NCBI GenBank assembly: GCA_027486005.1
Contig: JAIXPZ010000060.1
Coordinates: 3,088-67,087, forward strand
Source of the DNA: Legionellales bacterium
GTDB lineage: Bacteria > Pseudomonadota > Gammaproteobacteria > JAGOUN01
Reading direction: 5' to 3'
DNA: 64,000 nucleotides
The position numbers were made by a program, and so were the translations under genes. The notes beneath the pieces were generated by a model. It saw only the letters and a program-made list of their open reading frames with translations. It had not been told where the DNA came from and made no database searches. Of this stretch, positions 1 to 10,410 are shown in pieces (the stretch's first letter is position 1; every line of letters begins with the position of its first letter).

Positions 1-247
1 CATTTACGCCAAATATCAGGCATTTGCTTCATTGCTTCTGCAGATACAGTGAGCTTTCCTGAAAGCGCATATTTCAATCCACTATGAATAATGCCTTGTG
101 AAAAAATTGTTTGTCCGCCGCCTAACTGATTATTCTCAATCAACAAACAAGAAACATCTAACTGCTGCAAGCGATTCAGCAACCACAATCCTGCAACACC
201 ACCGCCAAAAATAGCGACTTGAGCTTTTAACTTTGAAGTTGTGAGCA
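1..247 (-). CDS. FAD-dependent oxidoreductase (DAO/GlpD-like), N-terminal part only; the gene continues beyond the window start
   Basis: The minus-strand reading from the ATG at 247 gives MLTTSKLKAQVAIFGGGVAGLWLLNRLQQLDVSCLLIENNQLGGGQTIFSQGIIHSGLKYAL with no stop before position 1. It contains a GxGxxG FAD-binding fold motif and an IHSGLKY motif resembling the GlpD-type 'IHGGLRY'. It is not in the ORF track because it is partial. Confidence 0.4.
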
Positions 248-1462
248 TGTTACTTTCCGAAATAATGGCGCGCTTATTAAAATAGCAGAGCCTGCTACAA
301 TCAATGGGATAATCAAATTAATATTGACCAATACTCCCAACAACATGCCGTTAAGCATGAATGCAATCGACACCGCGGCGTCTGCGCCGCCCATGACCTT
401 TCCTTGCTCTTGAGGAGTCACGGAGTTTGAAAACAATGTCATGACTGCAGTATATAAAACCATTTGTGTCGCAGGCGCACAAAACGCAACGACCCACTGC
501 ATCCAAACCGATCCAGTATAAGCCGAAGCACTCACTATAACGGCTAAAGCCACCGCAGAAATGACACAACACTGATTCAAACTAAAAGTTTTCAACATAT
601 ATGGCTGTAAAAATAAAATTCCAGCAATATTGCCAAAAGCAAACACAGCAAAAATCACTGCAATTAAACTGGTGTCATAATGAAAATAGCTTGCTAATAA
701 TAATGGTAAATTACAGAAATACGTTCCCCAACCAAAAAACATTAGAAAAAACGCAAATAAACATCGTCTGGTGCGCACATCTGAAAGCACTTCACGAATA
801 ACTAATACGCCACGAAAAAAATGCACTTTATCCACTTTATGAGTTGACACAATTTCTGGCAACCAATACCAAACGCCCAAAAAATTGAACAAAGACAATA
901 CGGTTGCCACATAAAAAGGGGTTGTATAATCAAAAAATCCTGATAAAGACGGCAACGTGCTAATACTCGTAATCAATGGCCCCACCACGAATCCCATCGA
1001 AGCGGCCAGTGTTACTAAACTCAGATTACGCGATTTGGTGCTTTCATCACTAATATCAATCATCGAGGCTTGTGCAATTGGAAAACTGCCGCTAAAAAAA
1101 CCGGCTAAAAAGCGCGCAATAACAAACATGGTTAAGGATTGCATATGCACTGCAATTCCTGAAAACGCATTGCTAATAATCATACCGAACAAGCAAATCA
1201 AAATAACTTTTTTGCGCGATATTTTATCGGAGAGGTCGCCAAGATATGGCGCACCAAAAAAAATTCCCAAAGGCCATGCCGTTAGACATACTCCATAGAA
1301 AAAATTGCGCATGGTTTGACTCATTTCCGGAGGAACAATAGCGTAGGTTTGACTAAAGAATAATCCTGGTAAAACCGGAAAAACTAGTCCAATTCCCATA
1401 ACATCAATAATAATCGTTACCATCAATGCAATAGTCATTGCTAAGTGTTTATTTTTTTGCAT
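227..1462 (-). CDS. MFS family transporter (12-TM efflux/permease type)
   Basis: 411 aa, highly hydrophobic with ~12 predicted TM segments, and MFS-like loop motifs (GxLSDKISRKKV between TM2 and TM3). Confidence 0.75.
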   Translation of the reverse strand: MQKNKHLAMTIALMVTIIIDVMGIGLVFPVLPGLFFSQTYAIVPPEMSQTMRNFFYGVCLTAWPLGIFFGAPYLGDLSDKISRKKVILICLFGMIISNAFSGIAVHMQSLTMFVIARFLAGFFSGSFPIAQASMIDISDESTKSRNLSLVTLAASMGFVVGPLITSISTLPSLSGFFDYTTPFYVATVLSLFNFLGVWYWLPEIVSTHKVDKVHFFRGVLVIREVLSDVRTRRCLFAFFLMFFGWGTYFCNLPLLLASYFHYDTSLIAVIFAVFAFGNIAGILFLQPYMLKTFSLNQCCVISAVALAVIVSASAYTGSVWMQWVVAFCAPATQMVLYTAVMTLFSNSVTPQEQGKVMGGADAAVSIAFMLNGMLLGVLVNINLIIPLIVAGSAILISAPLFRKVTCSQLQS

Positions 1463-1552
1463 GACTTTCTCTATTTTTTGTAGCCAGCAAATGATAGCTC
1501 AAATATAGCTCAATAAATAGAGCTCTTCACCTCTAAACTGAAATCCCGTACA

Positions 1553-2149
1553 ATGCCGATACGATCACTAACATACTTGGTTTCCATGGCAACTTATAGC
1601 ACAAATGAATTTAAAAACGGCATGAAAATCATGCTTGACGGCTCGCCTTTCAACATCCTTGATGTTGACTTTGTAAAGCCTGGAAAAGGGCAAGCGTTTA
1701 CTCGCGTCAGAATTAAAAATCTTAAAACGGACCGCGTCATTGAAAAGACTTTTAAGGCGAATGATTCAGTAGAAGCGGCAGACATTACAGAAGTTGATGC
1801 ACAATATTTGTATTCCGATGGCGACCAATGGCATTTCATGGCCAATGAAACTTTTGAACAACATGCAGTTGGTAAAGCTGCTGCCAGCGATGCTGTGCAA
1901 TGGCTAAAAGAAGAAGACGTGTGCACATTACTGTTGTGGAATAACGAGGTCATCAGCATAACCCCTCCTAACTTTGTGACCTTGAAAGTTGTAGAAACAG
2001 ATCCTGGTCTACGCGGTGACACTTCTGGTGGCGGCGGAAAACCGGCAACACTAGAAACTGGGGCCGTTGTTCGCGTTCCATTGTTTATTAATATTGGCGA
2101 TGTACTGAGGATTGATACTCGCACTGGCGAATACTCGTCAAGAGCATGA
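1553..2149 (+). CDS. efp: Translation elongation factor P
   Basis: 198 aa with the conserved VKPGKGQAF loop carrying the modifiable lysine. It is translationally coupled (ATGA overlap) to the downstream epmA. Confidence 0.95.
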   Translation: MPIRSLTYLVSMATYSTNEFKNGMKIMLDGSPFNILDVDFVKPGKGQAFTRVRIKNLKTDRVIEKTFKANDSVEAADITEVDAQYLYSDGDQWHFMANETFEQHAVGKAAASDAVQWLKEEDVCTLLLWNNEVISITPPNFVTLKVVETDPGLRGDTSGGGGKPATLETGAVVRVPLFINIGDVLRIDTRTGEYSSRA

Positions 2150-3087
2150 ACATGAATTGGCAACCTTCTGCAACGGTTGACGCTTTGAGAAAACGCGCAG
2201 ATATTTTACGAACACTGCGCGATTTTTTTTATCAGCGTCACATCACCGAAGTCGAAACCCCGCTTTTATGTGTCGCTGGCACCACCGATGCTTATTTAGA
2301 CAGCATCACTGCGACAATTAGCCATGAAATAAGATATCTACAGACTTCGCCCGAATATGCTATGAAGCGTTTATTAGCAGCGGGAATTGGCGATTGTTAT
2401 CAAATCTGCAAAGCTTTTCGTTGTGATGAATCTGGGCGTTATCATAACCCTGAGTTCACCATGCTAGAATGGTATCGCTTGGATTTTGACCATCATCAAT
2501 TGATGAACGACATGGATGATTTATTACAAACAATTTTAAAATGCTTGCCTGCTAAACGAATCAGTTATCGGCAACTTTTTTTTGAACATTTGAATGTTGA
2601 TCCACATCTTGCTTCGATCAATGAGTTAAAAGCAATAGCTCCTGAGTTATGTGCAGCACTGAATGCTGAAACAGACACTAAAGATGATTATTTAATGCTG
2701 TTACTGTCTCATCTTATCGAACCGAAAATTGGCTTTGATCGCCCGTGTTTTATTTATGATTACCCTGCATCACAAGCAGCACTCTCCAAAATTCAAAATA
2801 ATGTCGCAGAACGTTTTGAAGTGTATGTGAATGGCATTGAGCTCGCGAATGGTTTTCATGAATTACAAAGTGCAGACGAGCAGCGCAAACGCTTTCTACA
2901 CGATAATGAAAAACGTAAACAATTGAATAAACCAGAGGTGCCAATTGATCAACGTTTATTAGAAGCATTAAAACATGGTTTGCCGGCTTGCGCAGGTGTG
3001 GCATTAGGCGTTGATCGATTGATCATGCTGGCGTTGAAAAAAAATAATTTGCAGGCTGTGTTAAGTTTTGACATTAATAAAGTTTAA
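2146..3087 (+). CDS. epmA: EF-P lysine-lysyltransferase (EpmA/PoxA/GenX, truncated class II LysRS paralog)
   Basis: 313 aa with class II aaRS core motifs (ETPLL, FRCDE, GxALGVDRL) and no anticodon-binding domain. It is adjacent to and overlaps efp. Confidence 0.9.
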   Translation: MNMNWQPSATVDALRKRADILRTLRDFFYQRHITEVETPLLCVAGTTDAYLDSITATISHEIRYLQTSPEYAMKRLLAAGIGDCYQICKAFRCDESGRYHNPEFTMLEWYRLDFDHHQLMNDMDDLLQTILKCLPAKRISYRQLFFEHLNVDPHLASINELKAIAPELCAALNAETDTKDDYLMLLLSHLIEPKIGFDRPCFIYDYPASQAALSKIQNNVAERFEVYVNGIELANGFHELQSADEQRKRFLHDNEKRKQLNKPEVPIDQRLLEALKHGLPACAGVALGVDRLIMLALKKNNLQAVLSFDINKV

Positions 3088-3178
3088 TAAAAATTATTAA
3101 CAACTCCCTGACGCTATAATTTCTGGATAGATTGCTTCGAGTACTCGCAATGACGACAATAAGGGTTTGGAAAGAGCT

Positions 3179-3646
3179 CTATTGGGAAAAACTCTGTTTC
3201 ACTTGAAAGAAAATTGCGGCTAATTGGGTATAGGAAGCATAAACAAGGTTTAATGCATTACACATAGCAAATGGATCATCTTCATATTCGTGAGAAACTT
3301 TATTGCGGAGATTCCTGATATTTAACCATTGATCTTTGTCTGGAATTATACCTAGCTGCTCTAGCCGATTTAATTTATCTAAAAACGATAAATGTTTGAC
3401 CGGCTCTTCTTGCGCCTCTAACAGATAGGAAAATAGACGCTGCCCTATAGAATCTTGTAGCTTAGAAAAGCGAAACAAAAATTGATCTAGCGCCTCAACC
3501 TGTTCATCATGAAGCACTTTATATTTTTTAGCATCAAGTGGCATAAATTTTTTTAATTTTTCTAATGCATATTCAATGCGCTTTTGATGAAGCTCACACT
3601 CTGAAATAACATTTTTAATTTTAGTAGCTATCAGTGAATTGCTCAT
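3179..3646 (-). CDS. HepT-like HEPN toxin (HI0074-family nucleotidyltransferase substrate-binding protein)
   Basis: 155 aa with the Rx4-6H HEPN motif (RNKVSHEY). It overlaps the upstream MNT gene by 4 nt. Confidence 0.8.
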   Translation of the reverse strand: MSNSLIATKIKNVISECELHQKRIEYALEKLKKFMPLDAKKYKVLHDEQVEALDQFLFRFSKLQDSIGQRLFSYLLEAQEEPVKHLSFLDKLNRLEQLGIIPDKDQWLNIRNLRNKVSHEYEDDPFAMCNALNLVYASYTQLAAIFFQVKQSFSQ

Positions 3647-3933
3647 AGTAATTCTCCATTGCGCCTAGCTTCTTGCTCAATTAAGCGGTTGGGGTCTCTG
3701 GCGATAATAATATCGATTTTCTGATCACCCAGTACAAATTGTAATTTTGTTAACAATTGTATCTCTTGTTCAACTGGGTTAAAAATACACTCCGGCTCAA
3801 TGAATAAATCAATATCGCCACCCTTCTTTGCGTCATCCACCCGACTTCCAAATAGAAATACGCGGCTTTGCGCACCAAATATGCTGCTAACGTGATGTTT
3901 AATGTGACTTCGTTCTTCTTGACTTAAACGCAT
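3643..3933 (-). CDS. MntA-like minimal nucleotidyltransferase antitoxin (HI0073 family)
   Basis: 96 aa with the GSxx...DIDL polymerase-beta-type NTase motif (LFGSRVDDAKKGGDIDL). It is paired with the HepT gene. Confidence 0.8.
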   Translation of the reverse strand: MRLSQEERSHIKHHVSSIFGAQSRVFLFGSRVDDAKKGGDIDLFIEPECIFNPVEQEIQLLTKLQFVLGDQKIDIIIARDPNRLIEQEARRNGELL

Positions 3934-4002
3934 GCCAATGTCTGCTCATATTCAATCTTTCAATGATTATAGCATAGGGCGAAAACGAGTCGAATAAATA
4001 GG

Positions 4003-4025
4003 CTTTCCCGCGGTCGAGCCGCGGG
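4003..4025 (-). terminator. Perfect GC-rich hairpin (cccgcgg-tcgag-ccgcggg) directly downstream of the OPT transporter gene, followed by a T-rich stretch on the minus strand
   Basis: Inverted repeat seen directly in the sequence between the OPT stop (4041) and the mntA start (3933). Confidence 0.4.
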
Positions 4026-4040
4026 ACGACGAACACCCAG

Positions 4041-6083
4041 TTAGCGTTTTATTTTCCCTAACCATGTGATTTTTAAAAACATCCATAAACACAGCAAGAA
4101 AGTCGCAAGTCCACCGAGAAGATTAGCGATTGGCACAAATCCCGGCCCTACTAAACTCCAAGCATCTGAACTTTTTTCAATCGCAAAGGGAATTGCTAGT
4201 AACACCCCCACTAAAGAAGAGCCTGCAACTAATCCGCACGCCAAGGTTAGTCCACGATGTTTATTCACCGCGATTTTCTTATCAAAAATCGCTTTACGAT
4301 TGGCGCGTAATCGTAGCTTTTTAAAACGACGATATACCAGATATTGCACCAAGCCTCCAAACAGCACTGGAATAGACGCGCTAAATGGTAAGTAAATCCC
4401 CAATCCTACCGCTAAAACTGGCAAACGCATGTTATACGGCTTTAAACATTCATCGATGAAAATTGCCACAAAAGCAACACATCCACCAGCGATGATCATG
4501 GCCCACGGAAGTTGATGCGTAAACGCTCCTTTCGCTATGGCAGCCATTAACCCCGCTTGAGGTGCAGGCAACATTTGCTTCACGTCCATACCTGGATGCG
4601 GGAAAACCCCCGCCATACCATAAGCGTGATAAAGCAGACTCAATACCAAAGGTATAATCGTCGCAGAAACGCACACGCCAATAATCAGCATGACTTGCTG
4701 TTTCCAAGGAGTTGCCCCAACCATTTGACCTACTTTTAAATCTTGAATGGTTTCATTTGCAATCACGATCGCCGCACTAATGATGGCCGTAATGAAAACC
4801 GCATATCCTGCAGAAGTCAATTCAGCCTGAGTCACCTGACCAACAAACTTAATATCAATTCCAAAAATGGCTAATAAAAGCAACGCCAACAGCAACAATA
4901 CGGATACCGTTAGACCTGAACCAGGACTGTTAGTCGAGCCAATTAAACCTGCAAAATAAGCGGAAATAGAAGAAAAGGCAAAACCGACTACTAAAATATA
5001 GATCAAGCTAAATATAGCCACGAACCAACGAATCCAAGGAGAAACCGGAATTAAAGTCGGATTCAACAAGGAATAAGCGAAAACAAACGTTGGAATCGCT
5101 AATAAAGCCAATAACCACATAACCGTCGTCAAGGGAATATCACGCTCCGTGCGCGGTAACTCAATCGCACCATGTAAACGTGCAGAGCGAATTGAGTTCC
5201 AAGAGGTTTTTAAGCTTTGTACCACAGGCTTCATCAAACAGATAAGCGTCCAAATACCGCCCACTAACATAGTGCCCACACCAATATATCGGATATGATG
5301 ACTCCAAATTGTTTGCGCTGCCGCAATCGGATCAGCAATATCAGGCACACCATAAAAATAGGTCAAAATCGGTACGCCTGCAATCCAGCCGACAATAACG
5401 CCAACAAACATACTTAAACCGACATTAATCCCAACGATATATCCTGCCGCTATCAAAGCGGGGGAAAATCCAAGCCCGAGACCAAACAACGTTCCTTTCA
5501 CACGCCACCAGTAATCCGCACTATCAGAAAATATGCGAAACCCAGTTTGAAATAGGGTGATCACAGCGCCAATAATTCCGCCCTTTACCAACATACTTAA
5601 ATCAGCCGAGTCTTGAGTAGCGCTCGCTTTCAACACATTTCCGATGGCAACACCCTCTGGAAAACGCAATTCAGGGCTATTAATTAACGCACGACGAATC
5701 GGAATAGAATACAACACGCCTAATAGCCCACCGATTAACCCCACCATGACTGTTTCAAAGTAGTTAAAATCAGTCCAAAATCCCAACACCAACATCGCGG
5801 GCACCACAAAAGACAAACCTGCGGTTAATCCCTCGCCTGCTGATGCCGCTGTTTGTACCATAGTACTTTCCAAGACATTATGCGTTTTAAACATCCGCAA
5901 AACACCCAATGAAATCACCGCAGCGGGAATAGAGGCTGATACCGTTGCACCAACTTTTAGCCCTAGAAAAGCATTTGCTGCGGCTAACACTAAAGTCAAA
6001 ATAATGGCTAAAATTACAGACTTAAAGGTAATTTCTGGTAATATTTTAGACGCCGGGATCAAAGATTCAGTCAGCTTAGACAT
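4041..6083 (-). CDS. OPT family oligopeptide transporter
   Basis: 680 aa, ~16 TM segments; length and composition are typical of bacterial OPT/YgjI-like proteins. Confidence 0.8.
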   Translation of the reverse strand: MSKLTESLIPASKILPEITFKSVILAIILTLVLAAANAFLGLKVGATVSASIPAAVISLGVLRMFKTHNVLESTMVQTAASAGEGLTAGLSFVVPAMLVLGFWTDFNYFETVMVGLIGGLLGVLYSIPIRRALINSPELRFPEGVAIGNVLKASATQDSADLSMLVKGGIIGAVITLFQTGFRIFSDSADYWWRVKGTLFGLGLGFSPALIAAGYIVGINVGLSMFVGVIVGWIAGVPILTYFYGVPDIADPIAAAQTIWSHHIRYIGVGTMLVGGIWTLICLMKPVVQSLKTSWNSIRSARLHGAIELPRTERDIPLTTVMWLLALLAIPTFVFAYSLLNPTLIPVSPWIRWFVAIFSLIYILVVGFAFSSISAYFAGLIGSTNSPGSGLTVSVLLLLALLLLAIFGIDIKFVGQVTQAELTSAGYAVFITAIISAAIVIANETIQDLKVGQMVGATPWKQQVMLIIGVCVSATIIPLVLSLLYHAYGMAGVFPHPGMDVKQMLPAPQAGLMAAIAKGAFTHQLPWAMIIAGGCVAFVAIFIDECLKPYNMRLPVLAVGLGIYLPFSASIPVLFGGLVQYLVYRRFKKLRLRANRKAIFDKKIAVNKHRGLTLACGLVAGSSLVGVLLAIPFAIEKSSDAWSLVGPGFVPIANLLGGLATFLLCLWMFLKITWLGKIKR

Positions 6084-6275
6084 TGCTACATAGCTCCGAT
6101 TTAAGAAAAAGAAGATAAATATACAGGAATACCAAGCGCGAGGCTACTTGGAGTTTCTGCCACCCCATAGTTATAAGCCTTCCACATTAAGAGATAATTA
6201 AGTGTTAAATATTTATTCATCATTCGTTAAATGAAACAATTCATCTATTAGTATATACTCGCTACAATATTTTTA

Positions 6276-6902
6276 TTGAGAAATTCTATGTCTTCGCTGT
6301 TTCGAAATGTTGAATTCATGACAAGCGCCGCAAAACTTGAACAATGCCCTGAAGATGCAGGCATAGAAATTGCTTTTGCGGGACGTTCTAATGCTGGAAA
6401 ATCCAGCGTTTTGAATACATTATGTGGCCAAAAGAAGCTAGCGCGCGCCAGCAAAACACCTGGACGTACGCGATTACTTAACTTTTTTTCTCTGGATAAT
6501 GAACAATTCTTCCGTTTAGTGGATTTACCTGGTTATGGTTATGCCAAAGTGTCACACGCAATGCGTGCCGACTGGGATATCATGCTGGATGAGTACCTAT
6601 CCCATCGTGCAAGCTTAAGAATGGTGGTTCTCATTATGGACATTCGCCATCCATTACAACCGTTTGATCTGCGCATGATTCATTGGGCGATTGATGCAAA
6701 AATCGCGATTCATCTGACCTTCACCAAAGCGGATAAAATAACCCGAGGCGCAGCAACCAATACATTACTAAATTCGATGAAGCCTTATAAAGGCCGTCCA
6801 CTCATCACCGGCCAAACGTTTTCATCATTGAAAAAAAGTGGAATCGATACTTTAACTGATCGATTACAAAATCTTTTTGGAATTTCACAAGAAACCTCTT
6901 AA
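6276..6902 (+). CDS. engB: Ribosome biogenesis GTP-binding protein YihA/EngB
   Basis: Contains GIEIAFAGRSNAGKSSVLNTL (G1) and DLPGYGYA (G3), with strong similarity to E. coli YihA. The true start may be the internal Met at ~6318. Confidence 0.9.
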   Translation: MRNSMSSLFRNVEFMTSAAKLEQCPEDAGIEIAFAGRSNAGKSSVLNTLCGQKKLARASKTPGRTRLLNFFSLDNEQFFRLVDLPGYGYAKVSHAMRADWDIMLDEYLSHRASLRMVVLIMDIRHPLQPFDLRMIHWAIDAKIAIHLTFTKADKITRGAATNTLLNSMKPYKGRPLITGQTFSSLKKSGIDTLTDRLQNLFGISQETS

Positions 6903-6977
6903 AATGGAACAGTTTTTTGTCAAAAAAAACAGTGGCGCAAGTGGCTATGTCTTGCTACAATGCAGTGGATCATTTAA

Positions 6978-7235
6978 GTGAGCGCTATAAATATGAACGC
7001 CTTTTACAACACGAAAGAAGCACGTAATCAGTTTAACCAAATCATTAACCATGTCATAGAAACAAGGGAATCGGTTTGGATCACCAAAGACAAAAAGCTA
7101 GCGGCAAAAATTGTACCCATTGAAATAAAACCACGGCAGTTAGGGCTGCTAAAACAATCAGACTTTTGGATTGCTGATGATTTTGATGACGTCGATGAAG
7201 AAATTGAAACCCTTTTCTACGGTGAAAAAGAATGA
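6978..7235 (+). CDS. Phd/YefM-type antitoxin (VapB-like)
   Basis: 85 aa, overlaps the downstream PIN gene by 4 nt. It is a paralog of the 29548..29802 product, sharing the C-terminal DDFDxxxxEIExLFxGE motif. Confidence 0.75.
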   Translation: MSAINMNAFYNTKEARNQFNQIINHVIETRESVWITKDKKLAAKIVPIEIKPRQLGLLKQSDFWIADDFDDVDEEIETLFYGEKE

Positions 7236-7615
7236 TTCTTTTAGATACGCACTATCTTATTTGGGCAATGTTTGAACCAGAAAAGTTAAGCACGCAAGCA
7301 CAAATTCTTTTGACAGATTCTGCAACACTCACTTTCTTCAGTGCAGCAAGTATTTGGGAAATAGAGATTAAACAGTGTAAAGGAAAAATACGTTTACCTA
7401 ACAATTTTTACGATAAATTGGAAGAAACAGGCTTTCTTGAGCTTCCCATCCATGCTGCTCACGCAACAACTACACGACATTTGCCTGATATACACAAAGA
7501 TCCTTTTGATCGCCTGCTTTTAGCTCAAGCAATTTATGAAAAATGGACCCTTCTTACTGCTGACGCTGTATTACTGCGATATCAACCCCATTACAGTAAA
7601 ATTACCCAAATCTAA
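7232..7615 (+). CDS. vapC: VapC PIN-domain ribonuclease toxin
   Basis: 127 aa; LLDThxLIW N-terminus, acidic PIN residues (E, D) and the C-terminal HKDPFDRLL motif. Paralog of 29165..29551. Confidence 0.85.
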   Translation: MILLDTHYLIWAMFEPEKLSTQAQILLTDSATLTFFSAASIWEIEIKQCKGKIRLPNNFYDKLEETGFLELPIHAAHATTTRHLPDIHKDPFDRLLLAQAIYEKWTLLTADAVLLRYQPHYSKITQI

Positions 7616-9783
7616 TGATGAACACTTTAACTCACCACCTCAACACAGCACAACAACACGCAGTTTGTGCGCCACTCGGTAATTTATTAGTACTTGCAGG
7701 AGCAGGCAGCGGTAAAACACGGGTATTGGTGCATCGGATTGCCTGGTTGATGCAACAAGAACATGCATCTCCGTTCAGTATTCTTGCCGTTACTTTTACC
7801 AACAAAGCCGCGAATGAAATGCGCACTCGCGTTGAGTCTTTATTGGGAAGTTCAGTAAACGCCATGTGGCTAGGTACTTTTCATGGTTTAGCACATCGTT
7901 TATTGCGCACACACTGGAAAGATGCCGGCTTATCTGAAAATTTTCAGATTTTGGATAGTAGCGACCAACAACGTTTAGTTCGCCGTGTCATGCGTGATTT
8001 AAATATTGATGAAGAACGATTCCCTTACAAGCAAGCACAATGGTTTATTAACAAAAAGAAAGATGAAGGATTTCGTGCACAGCATTTATCCGCACACCAC
8101 CAACCACAAGAAGAAATGTTTATTCGCATTTATGCTGCTTATGAAGAGGCCTGTGCACAAAGTGGATTAGTCGATTTTGCAGAATTATTATTACGCAGCT
8201 ATGAGCTGTGGCGAGACCACGATGAATTACGCCAGCATTATCGCAATCGATTTCGTCATATTCTGGTTGATGAATTTCAAGATATTAATGGCGTTCAATA
8301 TGCATGGCTGCGTTTATTAGCTGGCGAGAATAATTTTTTTACGGTGGTGGGTGATGATGATCAATTAATTTATAGTTGGCGCGGCGCATGTGCGGATAAT
8401 TTGCATAAATTTAAAAAAGATTTTCCACATGTTTGCACTATTACATTGGAACAAAATTATCGTTCTACGAGTACAATACTGAGCGCAGCCAATGCCCTTA
8501 TTGACTTCAATCGGGATCGTTTCGGAAAAGAATTATGGACGGATGGCGCAATTGGCGATCCTATTCGTATTTATGCTGCTTATAATGAAATCGATGAAGC
8601 GAGATTTATTGCAAGCGAATGCCTGAGTTGGATAGACCAAGGAAACACGTTCAATGATGTCGCTGTGTTATATCGCTCCAACGCGCAATCACGAGTACTA
8701 GAAGAAGCATTGCTACAACAAGGTATTGCGTATCGTATTTTTGGTGGTTTACGATTTTTTGAACGCGCTGAAATTAAAGATGCGCTTGCCTATTTGCGTT
8801 TAGTGAATAATCGCTTTGACGATACTTCGTATGAACGCATTGTCAATTTGCCGCCACGCGGCATTGGCAATAAATCATTAGAAACGGTGCGTCAACATGC
8901 GCGAGAAAAGAGCATTTCTCTCTGGCAAGCAACACACGACGTCATTACACATGCATTGCTGCCGGCACGCGCACTCACTGCTCTTGAAAGTTTTCTTGCA
9001 ATGATTGACGATCTTGACAACCAAACTAAGAATCTCGCTTTACTGGAATCAACAGAAGCCATTGTTAATGCCTCTGGGCTAATTGGGCATTTTCAAAAAG
9101 AAAAGGGTGAAACTGGTCGCACGCGCATTGATAATTTACGCGAATTAATTTCCGCTGCTGGTGAGTTTAACTTCGACTCTGTATCTCCAGAAGAAAAAGA
9201 AACACTCACTCCCATTACCGCATTTCTTAGTCATGCCACCCTTGAAGCAGGTGAACATCAAGCCGATGCCATGTCAAATTGCGTTAAACTCATGACCATT
9301 CATGCCGCAAAAGGCTTAGAATTCCCATTTGTAATTTTATGTGGCATGGAAGAAGGATTGTTCCCACACCAAATGAGTAAGGGCGACCCTAAAGGCATAG
9401 AAGAAGAACGCAGATTATGCTACGTAGGCATGACGCGGGCAATGCGTCAATTATTGCTCAGCTACGCGGAATCACGTCGCGTCTATGGCCAAACCCATAT
9501 GGCCTCGCCGTCGCGTTTTATTCGTGAGATTCCCCAGCAGTATTTACAAGAAATTCGCATGCAAAGTAAAATTAGCCGGCCAGCCAGCCTAGCGGAATCA
9601 TCGTCCTTTTTAAATCAAAAAGAGACGAGCTTTAGATTAGGGCAATACGTAAGACATACCAGCTTTGGCGATGGGGTTATTCTCGATATAGAACCCAATG
9701 GCGAAAAAACACGAGTGCAAATAAGATTCAAAACCGGGACTAAGTGGCTTATTGCTAGTCTAGCCAAATTGGAGTCAATATAA
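7615..9783 (+). CDS. uvrD: DNA helicase II (UvrD)
   Basis: 722 aa with a near-identical N-terminal region to E. coli UvrD (NLLVLAGAGSGKTRVLVHRIAWLM, TFTNKAANEMR, DEFQDIN). Confidence 0.9.
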   Translation: MMNTLTHHLNTAQQHAVCAPLGNLLVLAGAGSGKTRVLVHRIAWLMQQEHASPFSILAVTFTNKAANEMRTRVESLLGSSVNAMWLGTFHGLAHRLLRTHWKDAGLSENFQILDSSDQQRLVRRVMRDLNIDEERFPYKQAQWFINKKKDEGFRAQHLSAHHQPQEEMFIRIYAAYEEACAQSGLVDFAELLLRSYELWRDHDELRQHYRNRFRHILVDEFQDINGVQYAWLRLLAGENNFFTVVGDDDQLIYSWRGACADNLHKFKKDFPHVCTITLEQNYRSTSTILSAANALIDFNRDRFGKELWTDGAIGDPIRIYAAYNEIDEARFIASECLSWIDQGNTFNDVAVLYRSNAQSRVLEEALLQQGIAYRIFGGLRFFERAEIKDALAYLRLVNNRFDDTSYERIVNLPPRGIGNKSLETVRQHAREKSISLWQATHDVITHALLPARALTALESFLAMIDDLDNQTKNLALLESTEAIVNASGLIGHFQKEKGETGRTRIDNLRELISAAGEFNFDSVSPEEKETLTPITAFLSHATLEAGEHQADAMSNCVKLMTIHAAKGLEFPFVILCGMEEGLFPHQMSKGDPKGIEEERRLCYVGMTRAMRQLLLSYAESRRVYGQTHMASPSRFIREIPQQYLQEIRMQSKISRPASLAESSSFLNQKETSFRLGQYVRHTSFGDGVILDIEPNGEKTRVQIRFKTGTKWLIASLAKLESI

Positions 9784-9863
9784 TGTCAATTTACCGCAAA
9801 GAATTGCACTTTTAGCAAAGTCTTACTATAGTTAGACCAAGCTGACAGGGAAGATGCAAAATT

Positions 9864-10409
9864 ATGATACGCTTAAAGTTGAACGGATTAGTGATGCTTG
9901 GCTTGATGGTAATGGGCCTTAATAGCCATGCCGGTGGTTTATCAAGCATTACGGATGGCGCAAATAATTACCAAATTATTTTTCTGAATAAAACAGTGAC
10001 CTTTGTTTCTACTGACTGGTCTATGCTCACCAATTACTACAGTCAAAACTCAACTTTTCCTCAAGCAAACGCGTATTCGATTGACACTTCTTTTCTCCCT
10101 GGAGTCAGTTCAATAACCAATTCTGCGTCAGGAACCCTGGAGGTCAGGTTTGGTACAACAGCACCAGGGCCTATTGCAAATAATGGATTTGCAATAGCAC
10201 CAACCCGAGTGTCACTTAGAGGCAACACGTTCTATGTCTACCAATTGCCTCAATGCTACACCAATATTACTGACTCAATGACTAACCAGCAAGCCCCTGC
10301 CCCCGGAACACTGATTAGTTTATTTAGCAACTCCGCCCTTGGAACCAATTGCATGTATGCCCCTGATCCGTACGCCACTGCCATTAACCAAGTCAACGGT
10401 GTCGTTTAA
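9864..10409 (+). CDS. Secreted protein of unknown function (Sec signal peptide, S/T/N-rich, 2 Cys)
   Basis: Signal peptide MIRLKLNGLVMLGLMVMGLNSHA; no recognisable domain. It is followed by a second secreted protein 1 nt downstream. Confidence 0.5.
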   Translation: MIRLKLNGLVMLGLMVMGLNSHAGGLSSITDGANNYQIIFLNKTVTFVSTDWSMLTNYYSQNSTFPQANAYSIDTSFLPGVSSITNSASGTLEVRFGTTAPGPIANNGFAIAPTRVSLRGNTFYVYQLPQCYTNITDSMTNQQAPAPGTLISLFSNSALGTNCMYAPDPYATAINQVNGVV

Positions 10410-10410
10410 A

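Noticed and set aside
1594-2163. 189-aa ORF antisense to efp, and many similar antisense or shadow ORFs in the track (e.g. 351..572, 957..1298, 2750..3004, 7632..7865, 22108..22613, 27427..27939, 33592..34255, 48018..48383)
   Set aside because: They lie entirely inside well-supported conserved genes on the opposite strand or in another frame, have skewed composition (Arg/Ser/Cys-rich) and show no domain signatures. I treat them as non-coding frame shadows.
10339-10410. ORF-track start at 10339, which would overlap the upstream secreted-protein gene by 71 nt
   Set aside because: An in-frame ATG at 10411 directly follows the upstream stop and begins a canonical signal peptide. The 5' extension is most likely not translated.
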